NCBI GenBank assembly: GCA_963662585.1
Contig: OY759729.1
Coordinates: 2,784,001 to 2,848,000 of the forward strand
DNA from: Candidatus Cloacimonadales bacterium
Lineage (GTDB): Bacteria; Cloacimonadota; Cloacimonadia; Cloacimonadales; JAFGVF01
Reading direction: 5' to 3'
Length of the DNA: 64,000 nucleotides
Numbering within the stretch: position 1 is the first letter of the stretch; every line of letters starts with the position of its first letter. Below the pieces are notes generated by a model. The model searched no databases. It was given only the letters and a program-made list of their open reading frames with translations, and was not told the origin of the DNA. A program made the translations under genes and the position numbers. Positions 42,718 to 53,002 of the stretch are shown here, piece after piece.

Positions 42718-43446
42718 ATGACTGAGACAACTAATTATGGTTTAAAAAAGCCTGCTGAAGGCTCTTCTGGTTGGTCTGATGATGTGAATAATAACTTTGA
42801 TGTAATCGATAATAAAATGAAAGCTAATGAAGGGATTGGAGAGACTTTAAGTGAGCATTTATCAGGTACTCCAGGTAAGCATACTGCAGAGCAAATAGAT
42901 TCTCAAACTGCTGATGCATTGGTAAATGGTAGTTTGGAAAATCTGCTACTAGCTATTGTAGGGACTACTAATCCTAGTGAGTTTACTAAAAGCTTGAATG
43001 ATTTGAGGATTCATTTATTAAATGGTGGGCACTGGGCTAATAAAATATCATGTGGTTTTGCTTATCGAGGAGCTAGTGATGTAAATACTGCTTTAGACAA
43101 GATATTTGACAAACATCCTTATATGTATTCATTTAGGCATATTGCCGATAGTTCTTCTGTTGATATATTAGAATCAGTATTGCAGTCTTATGCCTCTTTA
43201 CAGCCTGACCTACACGGGGCTGTTTCAACTGAATTAGCAATTCAAATTCTTAAAGATGAAGGAGACTTCTATGTTCAAGAAAACACCATCACTACTAAGA
43301 TATATAAGAAAATAGAAGACTATGCTGGTATTACTAAAGAGCATTTGGATAAGATTAATATAGGTGGTTTGACTGTTGGTTCTACCTATAAGATCATAAT
43401 ATGGTTTAAGAGAGTTGATGCATCTGGACCTGAAGATCCATTATAG
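42718..43446 (+). CDS. Putative tail fibre/receptor-binding protein
   Basis: TTNYGLKKP..VNNNFDVID N-terminus typical of tail fibre anchors; last phage gene. Confidence 0.55.
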   Translation: MTETTNYGLKKPAEGSSGWSDDVNNNFDVIDNKMKANEGIGETLSEHLSGTPGKHTAEQIDSQTADALVNGSLENLLLAIVGTTNPSEFTKSLNDLRIHLLNGGHWANKISCGFAYRGASDVNTALDKIFDKHPYMYSFRHIADSSSVDILESVLQSYASLQPDLHGAVSTELAIQILKDEGDFYVQENTITTKIYKKIEDYAGITKEHLDKINIGGLTVGSTYKIIIWFKRVDASGPEDPL

Positions 43447-43460
43447 GAGAGATAAAACGC

Positions 43461-43595
43461 TTTTGCAAAGTGGCAATGTTGCTGTCACTTTTGAAAATGC
43501 GTTATTTTATTATTTAATAGTTAGTTATGTATAAAAGCTGTCGAAATTGTGGCAATGTTGGTGTCATAAATTGGCAAAATAGGTGTCACTTTATA
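43461..43595 (-). repeat. Right-end putative transposase-binding repeats
   Basis: aaagtggcaatgttgctgtcactttt; gtggcaatgttggtgtca; tggcaaaataggtgtcacttta. Confidence 0.8.
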
Positions 43596-43650
43596 ATTGA
43601 TTCTCTTTTTTTAGTTTTTCTAGCTCTTTAATATTTGAGTTATCTGACAT
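43596..43650 (-). pseudogene. 5' end (18 codons) of the primase-helicase gene interrupted by the prophage
   Basis: MSDNSNIKELEKLKKENQ joins in frame to LLRKLLGISEEE at 13044. Confidence 0.85.
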
Positions 43651-43801
43651 AATTAATAAAATTTTGCTTTAATAAGTAGTTCTGAATGTTCATAAATATC
43701 CCTTTTTATTATTTATAAAAAAGCCTAAGCAGCAATAATAAAATCAATTACTCCATTATTGATCTGTAAAGAAGAATAGTAAAGAGAAATTTATAAAAAA
43801 G

Positions 43802-43849
43802 TTGTACTCCCGGCACGATTCGAACGCGCGACCTTCTTCTTAGGAGGGA
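43802..43849 (-). other. att-like site: diverged 3' half of tRNA-Arg(CCT)
   Basis: Reverse complement TCCCTCCTAAGAAGAAGGTCGCGCGTTCGAATCGTGCCGGGAGTACAA; shares ttaggaggga with the tRNA at 58093. Confidence 0.8.
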
Positions 43850-44488
43850 GTGACTAAATGTTAAATTACTGTTTAATAGATATTTATGATAGTTACAAAT
43901 TACTTGCATGACAAATGCATGACAGAAAATATGGTGTAATTTATCTTATCAGAGGAAGGTATGGCAGTGTTATTTTTATAAATTTATCATTACATACTAA
44001 TGCTAATAAAAGATATTCATCTATGATATAGGTGTTTTTGTCAAATATACGAGCTTTTCTATCCAAAACAAAGTTTGTATGAGCTTATTGCACAAATCCA
44101 TCGATAAGGAGTAGATTTGTAGCTATTTGGTAGATGTTGTATATAATCACTATATTCAACAATATACAAAACCTATCTTATGTTATGGGTTAAGTTTAAA
44201 TCGATAAAATCTCCACTACTCCACTGTATATATTTTATCTGAGTTTTGAAGGGCTAGAAAAGTTTTTGACTGAGTTTTTGTAAAGTATTTTAAGATAATT
44301 TGGCTGCACAAAAGATAAACAACAAAAAGTTATATTTTTACTTGACATATTAAGATAATATTGCAAATTTTAAACAATTAATTCTCATGGAGAATAATAA
44401 TCAACTTCTGATGACTCCCTAATAGTTGTTAATGGTGATAAGTAAGCTAGTAATGCTTTAGAGATTAATTAGAAGAATAGGAGAAGTT

Positions 44489-46060
44489 ATGGCTAAAACC
44501 AAAGAAATTAAAGAAGAACCATTAGAAAAACAATTATGGAAATCTGCAGATAAACTAAGAAAGAATATTGATGCTGCAGAATATAAGCATGTTGTTCTTG
44601 GTCTTGTCTTTTTAAAATATATATCAGATGCTTTTGAAGAGTTATATGAAAAATTAGTTACTGGTCAAGGTGAATTCGACGGAGCTGATCCTGAAGATAG
44701 AGATGAATACAAAGCTGAGAATGTCTTTTTTGTTCCAAGTATGGCAAGGTGGAGTCATCTTCAGGCAAGTGCTAAATTACCAAGCATCGGTAAGATTGTT
44801 GATGAAGCTATGGATGCTATTGAAAAAGAGAATCCATCCCTCAAAGGTGTTCTACCTAAGGTTTATGCCAGACAAAACCTCGATCCCACAAGTCTCGGAG
44901 AGCTTATAGATTTAATCGGAAATATAGCTCTAGGTACTGCTAAGGCACGCAGTGCTGACCTACTTGGTCATGTCTTTGAATATTTCTTAGGTGAATTTGC
45001 TTTAGCTGAAGGTAAAAAGGGCGGACAATTCTATACTCCTCGAAGTGTGGTTGAGCTTCTGGTTGAAATGCTTGAACCTTACAAAGGTAGAGTCTTTGAC
45101 CCTTGCTGTGGCTCTGGTGGGATGTTTGTTCAATCAGAAAAGTTTGTAGCTCAAAGACAAGGCAGAGTTAATGACCTTTCAATCTATGGACAAGAGAGTA
45201 ATCAAACCACCTGGCGACTATGTAAAATGAACCTCGCTATTAGAGGAATTGATAGCTCTCAAGTAAAATGGAACAATGAAGGTTCTTTCCTTAATGATGC
45301 TCATAAAGATTTAAAAGCTGACTATATTATAGCTAATCCTCCTTTTAATGTTAGTGATTGGAGTGGAGAACTACTTAGTCAAGATGGACGCTGGAAATAT
45401 GGCACACCACCTGCAGGAAATGCCAATTATGCTTGGATTCAACACTTTATTTATCATCTTGCTCCAAATGGCTTAGCAGGCTTTGTTCTTGCTAAAGGCT
45501 CTCTTACTTCCAAAACTACTGGAGAAGGTGATATTCGCAAAGAACTTATTGAAGCTGGTCTAATAGATTGTGTGGTTAACTTGCCTGCAAAACTATTTCT
45601 TAATACTCAGATACCTGCTTCACTATGGTTTGTGAGAAGAAATAGAAAGCACAGAGAAAATGAAATCCTCTTTATAGATGCTCGTAATATGGGATATCTA
45701 ATCAATCGGAGAACTAAAGAACTATCACAGGAAGATATTCAAGAAATAGCTGATACTTATAGGAAATGGAAGAGGACCACCCCGTCAGTGGAATACACTG
45801 CCACCCCTCCGCAGGAGGGGAATTACTGCGATATCAAAGGTTTCTGTAAATCTGCAAGCATAGATGAAGTAAGAGAGCTTGATTATGTTCTCACTCCTGG
45901 GCGTTATGTTGGACTTGCTGAAGAGGAAGATGATTTTGATTTTGAAGAGAAATTTACCAAACTAAAAGCTGAGTTTGAAGAGCAATTAAAAGAAGAAGCT
46001 GAACTAAACAAGAGAATCTTAGAGAATTTGGCTAAAGTTAAGATGCCAGAGGATGATTAG
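44489..46060 (+). CDS. hsdM: Type I RM methyltransferase subunit
   Basis: [26 protein letters not shown]; 16-aa repeat-derived insert [16 protein letters not shown]. Confidence 0.95.
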   Translation: MAKTKEIKEEPLEKQLWKSADKLRKNIDAAEYKHVVLGLVFLKYISDAFEELYEKLVTGQGEFDGADPEDRDEYKAENVFFVPSMARWSHLQASAKLPSIGKIVDEAMDAIEKENPSLKGVLPKVYARQNLDPTSLGELIDLIGNIALGTAKARSADLLGHVFEYFLGEFALAEGKKGGQFYTPRSVVELLVEMLEPYKGRVFDPCCGSGGMFVQSEKFVAQRQGRVNDLSIYGQESNQTTWRLCKMNLAIRGIDSSQVKWNNEGSFLNDAHKDLKADYIIANPPFNVSDWSGELLSQDGRWKYGTPPAGNANYAWIQHFIYHLAPNGLAGFVLAKGSLTSKTTGEGDIRKELIEAGLIDCVVNLPAKLFLNTQIPASLWFVRRNRKHRENEILFIDARNMGYLINRRTKELSQEDIQEIADTYRKWKRTTPSVEYTATPPQEGNYCDIKGFCKSASIDEVRELDYVLTPGRYVGLAEEEDDFDFEEKFTKLKAEFEEQLKEEAELNKRILENLAKVKMPEDD

Positions 46061-47159
46061 AATGAGTGAATGGAAAGATGCTAGATTGGGAGAATTTGCA
46101 GAAATTAACATGGGGCAATCACCTAAATCAGAATTTTATAATAGTACTGGTGAAGGATTACCATTCTTACAAGGGAATAGAACTTTTGGATTTAGAAATC
46201 CTAAAATTGATACATTTTGTACAGACTGCAAAAAAATAGCAGAAAAGAATAGTATTTTGTTTAGCGTTAGAGCACCTGTTGGTGATACAAATATTGCTCA
46301 CACTAAAATATGCATAGGTAGAGGATTAGCTTCGTTAAATGCATATAACAAAGAAAACAATTATTTGTTTTATCTATTAATTTTCTTAAAAGAAATAATC
46401 GTAAATTCAGAAACTGGATCTGTGTTTGGTTCAATAAATAAAACAGATTTACATAATATCCCCTTTAGGCGTCCTCCCCTCCCCGAGCAAAAAGCCATAG
46501 CAGAAGTACTATCCAGTCTTGATGATAAGATAGACTTACTTGGCAGACAAAACAAAACTTTAGAAGAGATGGCTGAAACACTATTTATACAGTGGTTTAT
46601 TGAAGAGAGAGATGAGAGTTGGGAGGAGGTAGTTTTAGGAGCTGCCATTCAACCTAAGAAAGGAAAAAACATCACTAAAACAGATGCTATTGACGGACCA
46701 TATCCAGTAATAGCTGGAGGATTAAGCCCATCTTGTTTTCATATTAAATCGAATACTTTAGCACCAGTAATTACTATTAGTGCCTCTGGAGCAAATGCAG
46801 GTTATGTACAATTACATCATACTCCTGTTTGGTCTTCAGACTCATCATATATTGATAATAATATAACAAGATATGTTTATTTCCATTATGTTTTCTTAAA
46901 AATCAATCAAGGACTGATATTCGATAAGCAGGAAGGTAGTGCACAACCACATATTTATCCAAAACATATAATGGAACTTGAATATGTTAATGTCCCTGAA
47001 AATTTACTTTTAGAGTATGAAAATATTGTTTCTAACTACTTCAGTAAAATCAAAGTTAATATAAAACAAATCAATACCTTAGAAAACATGAGAGATAACT
47101 TATTACCTAAATTGATGAGTGGAGAGGTGAGGATTAAAAATGCAATAACAGGAGTTTAA
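46053..47159 (+). CDS. hsdS: Type I RM specificity subunit
   Basis: [34 protein letters not shown]; two TRDs. Confidence 0.93.
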   Translation: MIRMSEWKDARLGEFAEINMGQSPKSEFYNSTGEGLPFLQGNRTFGFRNPKIDTFCTDCKKIAEKNSILFSVRAPVGDTNIAHTKICIGRGLASLNAYNKENNYLFYLLIFLKEIIVNSETGSVFGSINKTDLHNIPFRRPPLPEQKAIAEVLSSLDDKIDLLGRQNKTLEEMAETLFIQWFIEERDESWEEVVLGAAIQPKKGKNITKTDAIDGPYPVIAGGLSPSCFHIKSNTLAPVITISASGANAGYVQLHHTPVWSSDSSYIDNNITRYVYFHYVFLKINQGLIFDKQEGSAQPHIYPKHIMELEYVNVPENLLLEYENIVSNYFSKIKVNIKQINTLENMRDNLLPKLMSGEVRIKNAITGV

Positions 47160-47160
47160 C

Positions 47161-47376
47161 ATGGAAAGATATAAAAATCTAAGTGGTAAATCCCCAATAA
47201 CACATTATCAGATAGAAGATGATCGGATTATTGTACAATTCGATACAGGAAAATCATATTCATACAGTTATCGCAAAGCTGGAAGAAATAATGTTGAACT
47301 TATGAAAGTACTAGCTCGAAAAGGGAAAGGACTAAGTGCTTATATAACAAGAAATGTTAGATATCTTTATGACTAA
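47161..47376 (+). CDS. KTSC-like small protein
   Basis: SPITHY..IIVQF..YSY..LARKGKGLSAYI. Confidence 0.6.
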   Translation: MERYKNLSGKSPITHYQIEDDRIIVQFDTGKSYSYSYRKAGRNNVELMKVLARKGKGLSAYITRNVRYLYD

Positions 47377-47459
47377 TTTAAAGGTGGTAATATATTTAGC
47401 AATTTTTTACTAAATAAAAAAATGGCAGAAAAAAATGTTTAAAATTAAAAGGGGAAACA

Positions 47460-48056
47460 ATGATACGAAAAATAGGTATGTTCTTTCTATCATTATGGTT
47501 ATTATTTTTTTTGATAATTATTATAACAATACAAATACCTACTTATTTTGGTAAAGATTGGGTATTTGTTGGTGTTAGTAATTTATTGACTGATAATATG
47601 ATTCCAATTGTCTGCATATTTGCTTTAATAGCTGGGAGTATTTCTTATTTAGATTTTATCTTTCAGAGTAAAGGATCAAGGCAATTTCCATTCAAAATTT
47701 CTAAAGTAGAAAAAATTGATTATGAACATTTGACTTTTTTGACTACCTACATAGTTCCTTTAGTATGTTTTAAATTTGATAGCTTTCGGTACTTAGCCGT
47801 ATTCTTCATTATTCTATTAGTTATAGGAATTATATATATAAGGACAGATTTGTTTTATGCAAATCCAACATTAGCTATATTAAAATATAAAATATACAGA
47901 ATTAATGGGGATTTCAGAAATGGCAAATCAAGAGAAAATATTATATTGATAAGCAAATCTTATATAAAAGAAGGGGATATGGTGCAATATAAAAAACTAG
48001 ACGAACGAATTTACTATGCATTTAAGGAGGATGATAATGCAAAAGATAGACCTTGA
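47460..48056 (+). CDS. kwaA: Kiwa anti-phage membrane protein KwaA
   Basis: Four TM helices; FLSLWLLF, EHLTFLTTYIVPL, LFYANPTLAIL. Confidence 0.8.
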   Translation: MIRKIGMFFLSLWLLFFLIIIITIQIPTYFGKDWVFVGVSNLLTDNMIPIVCIFALIAGSISYLDFIFQSKGSRQFPFKISKVEKIDYEHLTFLTTYIVPLVCFKFDSFRYLAVFFIILLVIGIIYIRTDLFYANPTLAILKYKIYRINGDFRNGKSRENIILISKSYIKEGDMVQYKKLDERIYYAFKEDDNAKDRP

Positions 48057-48996
48057 TAATTCACTTAAATTTCTTTTCACACACACCGACAAAGTTAAAG
48101 TCCTAGTCTATGCTCTTTTTCAAGGGAAAGATGAACCCGTACTCTTAGATATTAAAAATGAAGAACTACCCGCAATCAAAAAAATGTTTGTTGAATCAAT
48201 AGAAACTAATATTATAAACAAAAAAGATTACAAAATCTTAGATATCTCTTCAGCAGATGATAGAAATAAATGTTTTTATCATTATGATCTTGAAATTCCT
48301 CAAGAATTAAAAAACCTAGAAAAAATTACAAAAGAAGATACTTTCCAAACCTTCAGTTTTATAAATGACAAATTAGATATGATTGATGCTTTGCTTATTG
48401 CTTTCACATATAACGATAACGAAGTTTCTTTATACAAAAAGTTATCATCTATTGAAGTGATTGGTAGAGGAGGTTATATTCTAAAAAAAGCTACTCAAAG
48501 ATTTGAACGATTTGAAGATCAAATGCTAAGAATTAGTCCAAACTTTCAAATTATAAGAATAAATAAAGATTATATTATAACAAAAATTGAGACCTTGGAG
48601 AGATTTTTTGGTTTCTTAGAGGTAATACAAAAAGAAGCTGCTTTAAGTATCAGTTCAATTGAGAGAATGTCAATAGTTGCTGATATTGAAAGCTTTAACG
48701 ATCTTATCAGCGATGTTTCTTTTGCACGAAAACTAACAAAAATAGCAAAAGATTCTCCAGTAATAAAAAAACAGATACCAAATAATATTATAATTAAATT
48801 CTCTAAATCACATCCAGCCACAAAAAGCTTAAAACTTAATGATGATAAAACAAAATTTAATTTAAATTCAAAAGCTTCAAAAGTATTGTTTTTGAAAATT
48901 TTAAATGATGATTTATTAACTTCAGAGCTTACTCAACTGCATTATGATAGTTTAGCAAAAGATGGTTTTGAAGAAGAGTTAACTCCTAAAGTTTGA
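48037..48996 (+). CDS. kwaB: Kiwa anti-phage protein KwaB (DUF4868)
   Basis: SSADDR..YDLE, LERFFGF, FLKILNDDLLTSELT..YDSLAKD; coupled to kwaA. Confidence 0.8.
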   Translation: MQKIDLDNSLKFLFTHTDKVKVLVYALFQGKDEPVLLDIKNEELPAIKKMFVESIETNIINKKDYKILDISSADDRNKCFYHYDLEIPQELKNLEKITKEDTFQTFSFINDKLDMIDALLIAFTYNDNEVSLYKKLSSIEVIGRGGYILKKATQRFERFEDQMLRISPNFQIIRINKDYIITKIETLERFFGFLEVIQKEAALSISSIERMSIVADIESFNDLISDVSFARKLTKIAKDSPVIKKQIPNNIIIKFSKSHPATKSLKLNDDKTKFNLNSKASKVLFLKILNDDLLTSELTQLHYDSLAKDGFEEELTPKV

Positions 48997-49009
48997 TAAA
49001 GAGAGTAAA

Positions 49010-52000
49010 ATGCCTAAACTAACCGAATCCACCATAGAATCCTTTGCCATAGAGCTCTTAGAAGTCTTAGGCTACCACTATATCTATGCACCTAATATTT
49101 CTCATGATTCAGACAATCCTGAGCGAAGCTCTTATGAAGAAGTTTTACTTATTAATAGATTAAGAGAGGCAGTAAGGAGAATTAACCCTGATACACCTTC
49201 TGAAGTTCAAGAAGAGGCTATTAAAGAGCTGCAGAGGATTGGTTCACCTGACCTAATTACTAATAATGAGCATTTCCATAGAATGTTGACTGAGGGAATC
49301 AAGGTAACTTATCAGAGGGATAATCATCCCAGAGGTGATTTAGTCTGGCTAATAGACTTTTCTAATCCTGAAAATAATGATTTTGTGGTAGCTAATCAAT
49401 TCACAGTTATAGAAAATGGGATTAATAAAAGACCTGATCTAATTCTTTTTGTGAATGGACTTCCTTTAGTGGTTATTGAACTCAAGAATCCAACTGATGA
49501 AAATACAACAGTTAGGTCGGCATACCGACAACTACAGACTTATAAAAGCTCTATACCTAGCCTTTTTATCTATAATGGATTTATGATAGCTTCTGATGGT
49601 TTGGAAGCTAAGGCAGGTTCTCTTTCAGCAGGTTTTACCCGTTTCATGGCATGGAAGTCTGCAGATGGAAAAGAGGAGGCTTCTAATTTGGTTAGTCAGT
49701 TGGAAGTTCTTATCAAAGGAATGCTCAATAAGGAAACTTTGTTAGATTTAATAAGACATTTTATTGTATTTGAGAAGTCTAAGAAAGAAGATGTTAAAAC
49801 TGGCATTACTACAATTACAAGTGTAAAGAAGCTAGCTGCTTATCATCAATATTATGCTGTTAATCGAGCTGTGGAATCAACTTTGAGGGCGACTGGCTTT
49901 AATTCCCCTCCTGAGGAGGGGTGGCATTCGAAGAATGACGGGGTGGTCAATTCCCCTCCTGCGGAGGGGTGGCAACGTACGTTGACGGGGTGGTATTATT
50001 ACGACCCAAGAACCGAAGAACCACCTCCCCTCTCCGAGGTACTCCTCCACAAGAGGAGAATTAATCCTCTTCTCTCCGAAGAACAAACACCTTACATAAA
50101 GAGATCTTTCTCAAATTTCAGGAACTTACCTTATAATCCTAAGCTAAAAGAGAGAGCTAAGGAGTTAAGAAAATCAGGGAACTTACCAGAAGTAATATTT
50201 TGGAAGAGAGTAAAAAATAAAAAGTTTAAAGGTCTAGACTTTGATAGACAAAAGATAATCGGTAACTATATTGTAGATTTTTATTGTAGTAGTCATGGCG
50301 TAGTTATTGAAATTGATGGTAGTAGTCATAATGATGATAAATATGAATATGATAAGGCAAGAGATGAATATTTAATCTCTTTAGGATTAGAAGTTATTCA
50401 TATTACGGCTAAAGATGTTTTTCAGAATATGAGGTTGGTAATGGAGATGCTGGATAGTCATCCAGTGTTTGAAGAGACCACCCCGTCTCGGGAATATCGA
50501 GCCACCCCTCCGAGGGAGGAGAATACCACCCCGTCAGTGAAATACACTGCCACCCCTCCACAGGAGGGGAATACCACCCCGACTCGGGAATACCGAGCCA
50601 CCCCTCCACGGGAGGGGAATTGGTGGGAGGAATCTCCTGATAGTTACGGGGTTGTGGGAGTAAATCAACAACCTGTAGGAGATAGAAAAGGTGGAGTAGT
50701 CTGGCACACTCAAGGTTCTGGTAAATCTCTTTCCATGGTATTTTATACAGGAAAGATAGTTCTAGCCTTAAACAACCCAACTATTCTAATAATAACAGAT
50801 AGAAATGATCTGGATGATCAGCTCTTTGATACCTTTGCTTCTTGCACTCAGTTATTGCGACAAGTTCCCAAGCAGGCAGATAATAGACAAGAGTTAAAAG
50901 ACTTGTTAAAAGTTGCTTCAGGTGGTGTAATCTTTTCTACTATTCAGAAGTTTCAACCTGATGAGGGTAATATCTATGAAACATTATCAGAAAGAGAGAA
51001 TATAGTTGTAATTGCTGATGAAGCACACAGAACTCAGTATGGATTTAAACCCAAAACAATAGATGATAAAGACTCTGCAGGTAATGTAATAGGTAAAAAG
51101 ATTGTCTATGGCTTTGCTAAATATATGCGTGATGCCTTACCAAATGCTACCTACTTAGGTTTTACAGGAACTCCGATTGAAAGTACTGATGTTAATACTC
51201 CTGCTGTCTTTGGTAATTACATTGATGTTTATGATATTGCTCAAGCTGTAGAAGATGGGGCAACAGTTAAAATCTATTATGAAAGTAGATTAGCTAAGGT
51301 AGCTCTTACCGAAGAAGGTAAAAAGTTGATTGCTGAAGTTGATGCAGAATTAGCAGATTATAACAAGAGTGACCAACTAAAAGCTAAATGGACTACTTTA
51401 GAGGCATTAATAGGTAGTGAAAACCGAATAAAGAAGATTGCTAAAGATATCATCTCACATTTTGAACAAAGACAGGAAGTCTTTTCAGGTAAAGCAATGG
51501 TGGTTAGTATGTCTCGGAGAATTGCAGCTGAACTCTATGAAGAGATAGTCGCTCTAAAACCTGACTGGCATTCTGATGATTTAACTAAAGGTTCTATCAA
51601 AGTTGTTATGACTTCTGCTTCTTCTGATGGTCCAACTATAGCAAAACACCATACCACTAAACAGCAAAGAAAGGCTTTGGCAGATAGAATGCGAGATCCT
51701 AATGATTCCTTAAAGATGGTTATAGTCAGAGATATGTGGTTAACTGGATTTGATGTTCCTTGTCTGCATACCCTCTATATAGATAAACCGATGAAAGGGC
51801 ATAACCTCATGCAGGCTATAGCTCGAGTTAACAGAGTCTATCACGATAAGCCAGGTGGTTTAATAGTAGATTATCTGGGAATTGCAGCAGATTTAAAGAA
51901 AGCACTTTCCTTCTATTCAGATGCAGGTGGAAAGGGTGATCCAACTATCTTACAAGAGCAAGCAGTTTACTTAATGTTAGAAAAACTGGAAGTTGTATCT

Positions 52001-52921
52001 CAAATGTTTCATGGTTTCCCTTATGAAGAGTATTTTGAATCAGATACATCTAAAAAGCTTACCACTATTCTGGGAGCTGAAGAGCATATCCTAAGTATAG
52101 ATGATGGGAAAAAGAGATTCATCAATGAAGTAACTGCTCTTTCTAAAGCTTTTGCTATTGCTGTTCCGCATGAACAAGCAATGGATGTAAAAGAAGAAGT
52201 ATCCTTCTTCCAAGCAGTAAAAGCAAGGTTAGCTAAGTTTTCTTCAACAAAGTATGGCAAATCAGATGAAGATATAGAAACCACTATTCGCCAAGTGATA
52301 GATAAGGCTTTAGTAACAGATCAAGTAATAGATGTATTTGATGCTGCAGGGATTAAGAAACCAAATATTTCTATTTTATCAGAAGAGTTTTTACAAGAAC
52401 TTAGAGATATGCAACATAAAAATGTGGCTATGGAAGTTCTCAAGAAACTCATTAATGAGGAGATTAAATCACGAGCCAAGAAGAATTTAGTCAATAGTAA
52501 GTCTTTTATGGAGATGTTAGAAGATACCATAAGAAGATATCAGAATAAGATAATAACAGCTGCTGAAGTAATTGATGAGCTGATTAAGCTAAGTAAAGAG
52601 ATTGTTAAGGCAGATGACCAAGCCAAGAATATGGGACTAACAGAATATGAATATGCTTTCTATACTGCTGTAGCAAATAACAAAAGTGCAAAAGAGCTAA
52701 TGCTTCAAGATAAACTTAGGGAGTTAGCAGTTGCTCTAACAGAAAGAGTTCGTAAGAATGCCTCAATAGATTGGACTATTAAAGAGAGCGTTAGAGCTAA
52801 ACTAAAAGTAATAATCAAGAGAACACTTAGACAGTATGGATATCCACCAGATATGCAAAAACTAGCGACAGAGACTGTGCTTAAACAGGCTGAGTTGATA
52901 GCTGCTGAATTGACGGAGTAG
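49010..52921 (+). CDS. hsdR: Type I RM restriction subunit carrying an in-frame DUF559 insertion
   Basis: RPDLILFVNGLPLVVIELK, HTQGSGKS, DEAHR, GFTGTP, LMQAIARVNR; about 240 extra aa. Confidence 0.95.
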   Translation: MPKLTESTIESFAIELLEVLGYHYIYAPNISHDSDNPERSSYEEVLLINRLREAVRRINPDTPSEVQEEAIKELQRIGSPDLITNNEHFHRMLTEGIKVTYQRDNHPRGDLVWLIDFSNPENNDFVVANQFTVIENGINKRPDLILFVNGLPLVVIELKNPTDENTTVRSAYRQLQTYKSSIPSLFIYNGFMIASDGLEAKAGSLSAGFTRFMAWKSADGKEEASNLVSQLEVLIKGMLNKETLLDLIRHFIVFEKSKKEDVKTGITTITSVKKLAAYHQYYAVNRAVESTLRATGFNSPPEEGWHSKNDGVVNSPPAEGWQRTLTGWYYYDPRTEEPPPLSEVLLHKRRINPLLSEEQTPYIKRSFSNFRNLPYNPKLKERAKELRKSGNLPEVIFWKRVKNKKFKGLDFDRQKIIGNYIVDFYCSSHGVVIEIDGSSHNDDKYEYDKARDEYLISLGLEVIHITAKDVFQNMRLVMEMLDSHPVFEETTPSREYRATPPREENTTPSVKYTATPPQEGNTTPTREYRATPPREGNWWEESPDSYGVVGVNQQPVGDRKGGVVWHTQGSGKSLSMVFYTGKIVLALNNPTILIITDRNDLDDQLFDTFASCTQLLRQVPKQADNRQELKDLLKVASGGVIFSTIQKFQPDEGNIYETLSERENIVVIADEAHRTQYGFKPKTIDDKDSAGNVIGKKIVYGFAKYMRDALPNATYLGFTGTPIESTDVNTPAVFGNYIDVYDIAQAVEDGATVKIYYESRLAKVALTEEGKKLIAEVDAELADYNKSDQLKAKWTTLEALIGSENRIKKIAKDIISHFEQRQEVFSGKAMVVSMSRRIAAELYEEIVALKPDWHSDDLTKGSIKVVMTSASSDGPTIAKHHTTKQQRKALADRMRDPNDSLKMVIVRDMWLTGFDVPCLHTLYIDKPMKGHNLMQAIARVNRVYHDKPGGLIVDYLGIAADLKKALSFYSDAGGKGDPTILQEQAVYLMLEKLEVVSQMFHGFPYEEYFESDTSKKLTTILGAEEHILSIDDGKKRFINEVTALSKAFAIAVPHEQAMDVKEEVSFFQAVKARLAKFSSTKYGKSDEDIETTIRQVIDKALVTDQVIDVFDAAGIKKPNISILSEEFLQELRDMQHKNVAMEVLKKLINEEIKSRAKKNLVNSKSFMEMLEDTIRRYQNKIITAAEVIDELIKLSKEIVKADDQAKNMGLTEYEYAFYTAVANNKSAKELMLQDKLRELAVALTERVRKNASIDWTIKESVRAKLKVIIKRTLRQYGYPPDMQKLATETVLKQAELIAAELTE
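49901..50621 (+). mobile_element. DUF559 (Vsr-like) endonuclease cassette between inverted arrays of a 48-bp hairpin repeat
   Basis: Left arm two reverse copies (49901-49994), right arm three forward copies (50477-50620); ends AATTCCCCTCC / GGAGGGGAATT; LKERAKELRK..RQKIIGNYIVDFYC..IEIDGSSH..RDEYL. Confidence 0.85.
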
Positions 52922-53002
52922 AGTGTTTGGTAAAGACTTGTTATTATTATATTAAAATAGAAGAATTTGCCGACTAAAAGTTAAAAGAAAAGAGGAGAAA
53001 TT

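Larger units (their letters stand above)
13050..43595. mobile_element. Transposable (Mu-like) prophage, 30,546 bp, non-contractile tail type
   Basis: Inverted ends TAAAAAGTGACACC / GGTGTCACTTTATA; ATTGA duplicated at 13045-13049 and 43596-43600; repressor, DDE transposase, AAA ATPase, terminase, portal, capsid, tape measure. Confidence 0.93.

Noticed and set aside
49901..50621. Intein or self-splicing intron in hsdR
   Set aside because: No Cys/Ser start with His-Asn end splicing motifs and no recognisable group I/II core; boundaries are DNA inverted repeats
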